NCBI GenBank assembly: GCA_001778495.1
Contig: MFHE01000010.1
Coordinates: forward strand, 55,292-119,291
Length of the DNA: 64,000 bases
Direction of reading: 5' to 3'
Origin: Candidatus Giovannonibacteria bacterium RIFCSPHIGHO2_01_FULL_45_24
Lineage (GTDB): Bacteria > Patescibacteriota > Minisyncoccia > UBA11713 > 2-01-FULL-45-33
The notes under the pieces were generated by a model. It was not told the DNA's origin and did not search any database. It worked only from the letters and a program-made list of their open reading frames with translations. Made by a program: the position numbers and the translations under genes. Of this stretch, positions 49,161 through 56,189 are shown one piece after another; within the stretch, counting starts at the first letter, position 1, and each line of letters starts with the position of its first letter.

Positions 49161-49234
49161 ATATCTTGATAATTTACAGCAAGTTTGCTAATTTGCCAAT
49201 AGAAGAAAATTTACAAAGAGAGGAGAAACAAGTA

Positions 49235-49762
49235 ATGGATATGGGTATAAAAATTTCCATAATCGTTGCGATGGCAAAAAATAGCAAGGTGATCGGGCAA
49301 TCCGGAGAAGTCCCTTGGCGTCTGTCTGCCGACCTTAAGCGCTTTAAAGAGTTGACCTTGGGGCACGCGGTGATAGTCGGGAGAAAAACACATGAATCGA
49401 TACTGAAGCGGCTTGGTAAACCCCTGCCTAACCGAAAAACCATTGTGCTGACCAGGCAACAGGGCCGGCACGCCGGCGGATGCCTAGTTGCGCATTCATG
49501 GAAAGAGGCGCTGAAGCTGGCCGAGGGCGAAGAAGAAATATTCGTCATCGGCGGAGCGGAAATATATAAGCTGGCGCTTCCCTACACCGACACTATTCAC
49601 TTAACACTGGTGCATGCCGACGTAGCCGGCGACGTTTTTTTCCAGAACTTTAACGCGCTGGAGTGGGAGTGGACCGACTACGAACCGCGGCCAAAAAACG
49701 AAAAGAACGAATACAATTTCACTTGGTGGCGTCTCAAAAGAAAATATAGGAAAGGAGAATAA
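49235..49762 (+). CDS. folA: Dihydrofolate reductase
   Basis: IVAM..VIG..PW...DLKRFK, GRKT, PLPNR and VIGGAEIY; SD GAGGAG before ATG 49235. Confidence 0.93.
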   Translation: MDMGIKISIIVAMAKNSKVIGQSGEVPWRLSADLKRFKELTLGHAVIVGRKTHESILKRLGKPLPNRKTIVLTRQQGRHAGGCLVAHSWKEALKLAEGEEEIFVIGGAEIYKLALPYTDTIHLTLVHADVAGDVFFQNFNALEWEWTDYEPRPKNEKNEYNFTWWRLKRKYRKGE

Positions 49763-49764
49763 AG

Positions 49765-50364
49765 ATGCGCAAGATTAAGAAACCTAACTTCCAGAACAAT
49801 TCCTTGTCAGACCTGGTTCTCACCCTTCAGAAAAAGGTCGTTCGCGATTACCGAACCCTCACAAAAATCGTGGACGGGCTCCGCGCGGCCGGCTATAAAA
49901 TAGTGCTCACGATCGGTTCCTGGGATATGCTCCATATCGGGCATGTCCGCTATCTCATCGCCGGAAAAAATAGAGGAAATATCCTGGTGGTGGGGACCGA
50001 CAGCGACCGCATAGTTAAAAAAACCAAGGGCGCGCACCGCCCCATCATTCCTGAAGAGGAACGGATGGAAATGTTGAGTTATCAGCTCCCCGTTGACTTT
50101 GTAACGCTGCTTGATGACATGGATGAGCAAGGGAGATGGAAATGCGACCTTTTGAAGTGCATCCGGCCAGATGTGTTCATAGCGGTTAAGGGAAACAGCT
50201 ATTCAGCGAAGCAGAAGCGGGAGATAAAGAAATACTGCCGCAAGCTGATAGTGCTCCCGAGGCAAGCGGAAAACACCTCCAGCACTACCATCATCCAAAA
50301 CGCTTTTAAAAAAAATCTCTCCGGCTTGATGGAAATTTTAGACACGAGAGGGGGCAAGCCATGA
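49765..50364 (+). CDS. Cytidylyl/adenylyltransferase (RfaE-II/TagD-like, HxGH)
   Basis: GSWDMLHIGH, KG.HRP...ER and SSTTII motifs. Confidence 0.85.
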   Translation: MRKIKKPNFQNNSLSDLVLTLQKKVVRDYRTLTKIVDGLRAAGYKIVLTIGSWDMLHIGHVRYLIAGKNRGNILVVGTDSDRIVKKTKGAHRPIIPEEERMEMLSYQLPVDFVTLLDDMDEQGRWKCDLLKCIRPDVFIAVKGNSYSAKQKREIKKYCRKLIVLPRQAENTSSTTIIQNAFKKNLSGLMEILDTRGGKP

Positions 50365-51173
50365 AAACCCTCCTTGTGCTTTACATTCCGGTCATCCACC
50401 AGGGCTATATCAAGCTCTTTGAGAAATACTCCAGACAAGTTGACGGGCTCATGGTTCTTGGAGAAACCCTGGTAGAAGAATGTAAATTTCTGGAACGGGA
50501 AATCCGCGCACTTGACCCTTTGACGATGAGGAGAATCATCGCGAGCATGGGGTTTTTTAAAAAAGTGGAAATTCTGGAGGATTACGCGGTAAAACTGCTG
50601 GAAGGCTCCGAAGTCATCACAAGCAGGGAATGCATCACCAGGCGCTTCGCCGAAAAATACCTGACCGCAAGCCGAGTTCGCTATGATTCCTCATTCCTGC
50701 GCTGGGATGAAAGCCACATTGTCTCTCGAACAGACATAAAATACGACAGAAAGTCCGCGGATCCTTTTGACCGAGAGATTGTGCGCCAAGCGACAGAGGA
50801 AGGCGAGAAAAGCCCGGATTGGTGGCGCCAAGTGGGAGCAGTGGCAGTAAAAAATGGGGTGGTGATTGGAAAAGCCCATAACAAAGACCCTATAAGCGAA
50901 TACAGACCTTATGCTTTCGGAAACATAAGGGACTTCGTTGAAGCCGGCCAGCATAGCGAAATCACTCCGACAATCCACGCGGAACAAGTTTTGGCGGCGA
51001 AGGGCGGAATAAAAGAAGCTGATATTTACGTGTCTGTGTTCCCGTGCATCACCTGTTCCGGCATACTTGCCGAAGCCGGCATCAAACGATGCTTCTTCGC
51101 CTCCGGAAACGCCTATCTGGATGTTGAGAACATCCTTAAAGCCAGAGGCATTGAACTGATTTTTGTGAAATAA
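50361..51173 (+). CDS. dCMP-deaminase-family protein with an uncharacterised N-terminal domain
   Basis: RQVGA, HAE and FPCITC Zn motifs in the C-terminal half. Confidence 0.82.
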   Translation: MKTLLVLYIPVIHQGYIKLFEKYSRQVDGLMVLGETLVEECKFLEREIRALDPLTMRRIIASMGFFKKVEILEDYAVKLLEGSEVITSRECITRRFAEKYLTASRVRYDSSFLRWDESHIVSRTDIKYDRKSADPFDREIVRQATEEGEKSPDWWRQVGAVAVKNGVVIGKAHNKDPISEYRPYAFGNIRDFVEAGQHSEITPTIHAEQVLAAKGGIKEADIYVSVFPCITCSGILAEAGIKRCFFASGNAYLDVENILKARGIELIFVK

Positions 51174-51220
51174 AAAAAGCCCGGCCAGCTGCAGCGCAGC
51201 CGCCGGGTCGTTTTATTTTT
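51172..51220. terminator. Probable bidirectional terminator between convergent genes
   Basis: A-tract, CCCGG...CCGGG stem, then a T-rich tract. Confidence 0.55.
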
Positions 51221-51223
51221 GCT

Positions 51224-51661
51224 TCAACCAATCGGGAAATTCACCACAAGCGCCTTGCCTCTTCTACCCAATTTAGGAACTATAAGATGAAAGTGGAGAT
51301 GGCGTACAGTCGCCCCCGTGTGAGCCGTGTCCCCGAAGCGCAGACTTAGCGCGCCGCCAGCTATGCCAAATCTCTTAATGGCCCAACGGAGGAGGAAAAG
51401 TATGTCGTGAAAATCCACGGCCGTTAATCTCTGCACCTTATCCGTGTGCTTTCCTCCAATAATGAGAAAGTGGAATTTGGCATTTTTATAAGGCCAGGCT
51501 GCTTCCGTGATTAACCATCTGCCGTAACGCCGCAGAAGCGGCTTTCTGTGCCACCTAAAATTCTTCGGGCAAAATGGGCATTTGCCTCCGGCAGCAATTT
51601 CTTTAAGGACGGCGCGGTAGTCCTCACTTCTGGCGTTTTTCGGGTCAACAACATCTCCCAT
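51224..51661 (-). CDS. HIT-family nucleotide hydrolase
   Basis: CPFC, WPY and HLHFH histidine triad. Confidence 0.85.
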   Translation of the reverse strand: MGDVVDPKNARSEDYRAVLKEIAAGGKCPFCPKNFRWHRKPLLRRYGRWLITEAAWPYKNAKFHFLIIGGKHTDKVQRLTAVDFHDILFLLRWAIKRFGIAGGALSLRFGDTAHTGATVRHLHFHLIVPKLGRRGKALVVNFPIG

Positions 51662-51701
51662 TAATGCATTTTATCACATCGATTGCCATCTTACATATGA
51701 A

Positions 51702-52535
51702 TCACACCCCCACTGGAATCCCTTTGATGGGCGGGTGCGGGTCATAGCCATCCAGCGTGAAATCCTCAAACCTAAATGAAAACAGATCCTTTGTTTCCTG
51801 GTTCAACTTTACCCGCGGAAGCGGCCGGGGATCACGCGAGAACTGAAGTTTGGCAAACTCAACCTGGTCAAAGTAAATATGGACGTCGGAGAGATGATGC
51901 ACAAACTCTATCGGCTTCAAACCCACGACCTGCGCTACCATCCGAAGCAAAAGCGCGTACTCGGCAATGTTAAAAGGTACGCCAACGAGAAGATCGGCGC
52001 TCCGTTGCCAGAGATTCAGGTAAAGCCCGCCCTCCGCCACGGTAAATTTGAATATCACATGGCATGGAGCAATAAACACTTTATCAATATCTTCTGGGTT
52101 CCAGGCCGTGACCGTCATGCGCTTTGAATCCGGAAAATTTGTGATCTCGTGGAGTACATTACTGATTTGGTCAATCTCGCCGCCATCCCGCGTTCTCCAA
52201 TGACGCCATTGAGGCCCATAAATCGGGCCGAGTTTCCTCGGCCCAAGACCATAACGAGCGCATATCTCCGGAGCTGCCCAAGAATCCCAAAGGTGAACCC
52301 CGTTTTTATGCAGCTCGGAGACGTCATCAGAGCCAGACAAAAACCATAAAAGTTCGTGTACCATCGCTTTCCAAGAACCCTTCAAGCTTCTTGTGGTAAT
52401 AAGCGGAAAACCATCCTCCATCCGAAAACGCATCTCATACCCCGGGTATACGATAGTGCCTGGCCCTTGGACGCTCGACATTCTTTTCTTCCCTTTGGTC
52501 AGAACCGTGTCAATCAAATTCAGAAACTGCTCCAT
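51702..52535 (-). CDS. thyA: Thymidylate synthase ThyA (atypical)
   Basis: GFPLITT, ELLWF, YGPQWR, PCH, QRSAD, GVPFN and HIY motifs. Confidence 0.92.
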   Translation of the reverse strand: MEQFLNLIDTVLTKGKKRMSSVQGPGTIVYPGYEMRFRMEDGFPLITTRSLKGSWKAMVHELLWFLSGSDDVSELHKNGVHLWDSWAAPEICARYGLGPRKLGPIYGPQWRHWRTRDGGEIDQISNVLHEITNFPDSKRMTVTAWNPEDIDKVFIAPCHVIFKFTVAEGGLYLNLWQRSADLLVGVPFNIAEYALLLRMVAQVVGLKPIEFVHHLSDVHIYFDQVEFAKLQFSRDPRPLPRVKLNQETKDLFSFRFEDFTLDGYDPHPPIKGIPVGV

Positions 52536-52609
52536 GATTTATTCCTCCTATATTTCAGCAGCGTTGGCATTCGGTTAGAAATCTAAAAATCTTTTCAAAT
52601 CCTAGCAAA

Positions 52610-52656
52610 TTTTAAATAAAAAAACAAGCCCCGCTACAACAGCACGGGCTTGATGG
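52610..52656 (-). terminator. Terminator overlapping the stop codon, repeated at 53368-53411
   Basis: Minus strand reads CAAGCCC-loop-GGGCTTG-T7. A 22-bp block and an 11-bp block are identical in both copies. Confidence 0.75.
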
Positions 52657-53266
52657 ATTGGAGATGCAGAAGTAAAATCTGCGACCAAGATTCAAGAGAT
52701 TTTTTCTTTTTCAAAACCTCCGGAAGCGCAACGAACCGCCCGCCCCTCTCGGCCAACTCTTCGCCGACTCCCTCAAACCCATCGATCTCTATTTTATAAA
52801 CCAACCCAAGATGCACCCTGTCCACCGGCGGGTCGCTGCTGCAGATGAATCCTGCGAAGCTTCGGGAAATCAGATTTTGGAAGTGAAGCTCCTCGCAAAG
52901 TTCCCGATCTGCGCCGGCGACAAGCCCCTCGTATGAAGGATCGCCGTTGTTGAATTCAAAAAAATCTTTTCGCTCAATATGTCCGCCGACTCCTACGGAA
53001 AAAAGCCCTGAAAGCCGCTTCTCTCCAATATTTTCTCCGCGCTGATAGATGAAAATCCTTCCCCGCTGGTCAAATACGAGCTGGTAAGAGATAAAATGCC
53101 TCCAGCTTTCGTCTGCCTCAAGCGCGTCGTTGCGCACGCGGAAGCTGGCTACTTTCAAAAGTTTCTTCAGCGTCGCTTCAGTTCCTTCAGAGAATGGGCT
53201 GGAAATCAAATACGCTTTTAGTATTTGAACATCAACTCCAATAATAGGTTGCCCTTTGCTAGACAT
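52634..53266 (-). CDS. Predicted NUDIX-family phosphoesterase (COG4112-like)
   Basis: GEKRL...SVGVGGHI, RELCEEL, VHLGLV and LESWSQI motifs. Confidence 0.8.
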   Translation of the reverse strand: MSSKGQPIIGVDVQILKAYLISSPFSEGTEATLKKLLKVASFRVRNDALEADESWRHFISYQLVFDQRGRIFIYQRGENIGEKRLSGLFSVGVGGHIERKDFFEFNNGDPSYEGLVAGADRELCEELHFQNLISRSFAGFICSSDPPVDRVHLGLVYKIEIDGFEGVGEELAERGGRFVALPEVLKKKKSLESWSQILLLHLQSIKPVLL

Positions 53267-53367
53267 AATTTGCTCCTTTCACTCAAAATAACGCAAATCT
53301 TATTCAAACTTAGCAAACCTATTCCGCAATATCAATGCCCATTGAGCAGGCTGTGCCTTCGATAATT

Positions 53368-53411
53368 TTTTAAATAAAAAAACAAGCCCTGTTAGAGCAA
53401 GGGCTTGATGG
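53368..53411 (-). terminator. Second copy of the stop-overlapping terminator
   Basis: TTTTAAATAAAAAAACAAGCCC...GGGCTTGATGG. Confidence 0.75.
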
Positions 53412-53943
53412 CGGCGATGGCCGAGGAAAGCACTTCTTCCCAGGACACACCATCGAAGTTGATCACATGAATATTGCCAAAACATTTTGCCTCGGCAAGC
53501 CGGATATAATTAGAATCCTCCGGCGCGTCTAAAATTATAGAAAGATGCGGGAAAATCATTTCTTCGCCGATAATCTCCCGATGCAATTGCAGGCATTGTT
53601 CCAAAGAGCCGTCCAACATCCCGTGAGCGAGCGTGGAAAGCCAATATCCGACAGAGAGCACGCAGTTCCCCAGCAGAATATGGGGCCGGATGCAGGTTTT
53701 GATGTGTTCAAGCCGGTCTTCAACGCACAGCCGCCGAAACTCATAATTTGTCTTGGGCGCGGGCAGTTTTCCGTCAATAATTTTCCGAATACGATGTCCA
53801 ATAATCCCGTCGCTCGGCTCTTTTACCGCCACGGCGGCCAAACCCAGCTCAACGGCAAAGTAAACCTCCAGCTCATCTGAAAGTGCTTTTTGGGCAACGT
53901 TACTAACTCCTTCAATAGCGACAAACAGCGGAGTTTTTTTCAT
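53392..53943 (-). CDS. Thymidylate-kinase-like protein with degenerate P-loop and DRY motifs
   Basis: FVAIEG, KEPS, DRLEH...IRP and PHLSIILD; SD GGAGG before ATG 53943. Confidence 0.75.
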   Translation of the reverse strand: MKKTPLFVAIEGVSNVAQKALSDELEVYFAVELGLAAVAVKEPSDGIIGHRIRKIIDGKLPAPKTNYEFRRLCVEDRLEHIKTCIRPHILLGNCVLSVGYWLSTLAHGMLDGSLEQCLQLHREIIGEEMIFPHLSIILDAPEDSNYIRLAEAKCFGNIHVINFDGVSWEEVLSSAIAAIKPLL

Positions 53944-53984
53944 ATATCCTCCGATTAGGAATCTCTGAATAAATTCTAGCAAAT

Positions 53985-54410
53985 CTACTCCGTAACCTCA
54001 ATCCCCATGTTGCGGGCGGTGCCTTCTATGATTTTCATGGCCGCCTCAACGTCATTGGCGTTTAGGTCTTCCATTTTCCGTTCCGCAATCTCGCGGATTT
54101 TAGCGCGCGAAACTTTGCCGACTTTGCCCGCAAGAGAATTTGCCGCGCCTTTTTCAACCCCTGCGGCTTTGCGCAAAAGGTCGGAGGCCGGCGGCGTCTT
54201 TAATTTAAAATCAAAAGTCCGGTCTTGGTAGATTGTAATTTCCGCGGGGATGATGTCACCTCCCATTTGGGCGGTGGCTGCGTTGAATTTGCTGACGAAC
54301 TCTCCAATGTTCACTCCGTGCTGGCCCAGCGCCGGGCCCAAAGGAGGAGCAGGGGTGGCTTTGCCCGCCGGCAGCTGAATTTTTATTATTGTTTTTATTG
54401 CTTTTGCCAT
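53985..54410 (-). CDS. rplK: 50S ribosomal protein uL11
   Basis: [24 protein letters not shown] and GTARNMG motifs. Confidence 0.98.
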   Translation of the reverse strand: MAKAIKTIIKIQLPAGKATPAPPLGPALGQHGVNIGEFVSKFNAATAQMGGDIIPAEITIYQDRTFDFKLKTPPASDLLRKAAGVEKGAANSLAGKVGKVSRAKIREIAERKMEDLNANDVEAAMKIIEGTARNMGIEVTE

Positions 54411-54465
54411 AATATAATACTAATCTACAAATTTATGCGAATGATACAAATATTAAGAATAAAAA

Positions 54466-54918
54466 TCAAGCTTCCAAAAATGGGTCTTCCTGCGTCAGCG
54501 CGCTATTTATGTTTTTCCAAAAAACACTTTGTAATCTTTTAGGAAAAACTTTAATGCCCCGAATTTCTTCTTTATCAAACCAGCGCACATCTCCTACTCG
54601 GCCGTCATCGTTGTCTTGGGCACCAACCCCATTGAAATTGGCGTTGGCTTGAGGCCACCCTAACCAAAATATCTCAAATGAGATAGAATCTGGCTTGTCA
54701 TGAAATTCCTGAACATAAAGCAACCGCCCAATGTTAACATTTAAACTGGTTTCCTCTTTAACCTCTCGCTTTGCGCCTTGAATAATACGTTCTGTCTCAT
54801 ATTCCCATCCTCCGCCTGGCGGATACCAAAAATTTTGACCCCTATTGCGTACGAGTAAAACTTTATTACTATTGTTGTCATAAACCACAACACGATTTGC
54901 TATCCTCAATTTTTTCAT
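54466..54918 (-). CDS. NUDIX hydrolase
   Basis: WYPPGGGWE...GAKREVKEETSL. Confidence 0.85.
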   Translation of the reverse strand: MKKLRIANRVVVYDNNSNKVLLVRNRGQNFWYPPGGGWEYETERIIQGAKREVKEETSLNVNIGRLLYVQEFHDKPDSISFEIFWLGWPQANANFNGVGAQDNDDGRVGDVRWFDKEEIRGIKVFPKRLQSVFWKNINSALTQEDPFLEA

Positions 54919-54925
54919 AAATTTC

Positions 54926-55297
54926 TTAATTCAGAATCCGCTTTGGGCTTAAGTATTTTTGCCTAAAATTAACTATAAGTCCTAGTTTCTTTCCGCTAGC
55001 TGTTAAATATCTTTTCATTTGAAAATAATCTTCTTTTGAAACTATTCTTTTGGCTTTTAAATCAACTACAACCCTGTCTTCTATCATAAAATCTGGAATA
55101 TTTCTTCTCTCATTTTCTCCCTCAAACGATGCGCCTAACGATTTCTCTCGCTGATAAGACATTCCGGCTGTTTTTAACGCCTCTTCCAAAGCATCCGTAT
55201 ATGATTTCTCACTTCTAAATTGGCCTAAATCGTTATGTATTTTAAAGCACAAACCGCAAATTTTGTACGATAGTTCCGGATATATTACTTTATCCAT
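54926..55297 (-). CDS. GxxExxY protein (PD-(D/E)XK nuclease superfamily)
   Basis: ELSYKICG..FKIHNDLGQFRSEKSY, PDFMIE..VVDLKA and GLIVNF. Start set at ATG 55297. Confidence 0.9.
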   Translation of the reverse strand: MDKVIYPELSYKICGLCFKIHNDLGQFRSEKSYTDALEEALKTAGMSYQREKSLGASFEGENERRNIPDFMIEDRVVVDLKAKRIVSKEDYFQMKRYLTASGKKLGLIVNFRQKYLSPKRILN

Positions 55298-55353
55298 TCG
55301 TTGCATTCGCATATTTGCAGCATTCGAATATTATTCGCAGATTTGTATTATAT

Positions 55354-55899
55354 TTATAACTTCTTCACTTGCAGGAAATCCAGCTCCACGGGGGTCTCGC
55401 GCCCGAAAACGGAAACGAACACCTTGACTTTGCCGCGCGCCTCGTCAATCTCCCCGACTTTGCCCTCAAAATCCTTGAACGGCCCGTCTATGATTCTAAC
55501 CGGCTCGCCCACGCCGACGTCAATTTTATGCGTCGGCTCTTCTTTGCCCATTCTAGCGAAAAGCGAATCAATTTCCTCTTTCTCCAGAGGCACCGGGGTC
55601 GTTCCCGAGCCCACAAAACCGGTGACCCGCGGCGTGTTGCGGACAATATACCACGAAGCGTCGGTTACAATCATCTCAACCAGAACATATCCCGGATAGA
55701 TTTCCTCTTCAACCACCCGGCGCTTGCCGCTTTTGATTTTTATCTTTTTTTCTTTGGGCACCACAACCTGAAAAATCTGGTCCTCCATCCCCAAAGATTC
55801 AATGCGCTGGCGCAAATTGCGGGCGACCGCGTCTTCGTAGCCGGAGTAGGTGTGCACCGCATACCAATTTTTTCCGAATTCGGATGTTTGCTTCGGCAT
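55354..55899 (-). CDS. nusG: Transcription termination/antitermination factor NusG
   Basis: WYAVHTYSGYE, YPGYVLVEM and KOW GPFKDFEG..FGRETPVEL. Confidence 0.98.
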   Translation of the reverse strand: MPKQTSEFGKNWYAVHTYSGYEDAVARNLRQRIESLGMEDQIFQVVVPKEKKIKIKSGKRRVVEEEIYPGYVLVEMIVTDASWYIVRNTPRVTGFVGSGTTPVPLEKEEIDSLFARMGKEEPTHKIDVGVGEPVRIIDGPFKDFEGKVGEIDEARGKVKVFVSVFGRETPVELDFLQVKKL

Positions 55900-55911
55900 A
55901 AATTTAAAAAA

Positions 55912-56094
55912 TTAAATAAATATCCTGATTACGCGCGAAAATATAAAATCAAACGCGCCCAAAACCGCGGCCACGGCCAAAGAAACCGCGATTACAGTAA
56001 TGGTATATCGCAATGTTTCCTGCCTCGTCGGCCAGTTCACCTTTTTCATCTCCAGCCGGGTTTCTTTAAAATAATTTGTTAACTTCGTAAACAT
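55912..56094 (-). CDS. secE: Preprotein translocase subunit SecE
   Basis: EMKKVNWPTRQE plus one TM, directly upstream of nusG. Confidence 0.95.
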   Translation of the reverse strand: MFTKLTNYFKETRLEMKKVNWPTRQETLRYTITVIAVSLAVAAVLGAFDFIFSRVIRIFI

Positions 56095-56132
56095 AATACT
56101 AATTTACAAACGTGAATTTGTGTTATTTACCA

Positions 56133-56154
56133 TTTTTAAAAGCCCCGCGGGGCT
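56133..56154 (-). terminator. Hairpin AGCCCCGCGGGGCT plus T-tract after gyrB
   Basis: Perfect palindrome followed by TTTT on the minus strand. Confidence 0.5.
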
Positions 56155-56189
56155 CTTACATTTCAATAATACTCCGCGCGCGAAATATG

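Larger units (their letters stand above)
54426..55348. mobile_element. Putative inserted cassette (GxxExxY + NUDIX) bounded by inverted TRCRAAT repeat arrays
   Basis: Interrupts nusG-rplK. The left flank (+) reads TACAAAT..TGCGAAT..TACAAAT; the right flank (-) reads TACAAAT.TGCGAAT..TTCGAAT..TGCAAAT.TGCGAAT..AACGAAT. Confidence 0.55.

Noticed and set aside
52610-53411. Integron attC sites
   Set aside because: There are no RYYYAAC/GTTRRRY boxes and no integrase; the repeats look like terminators.
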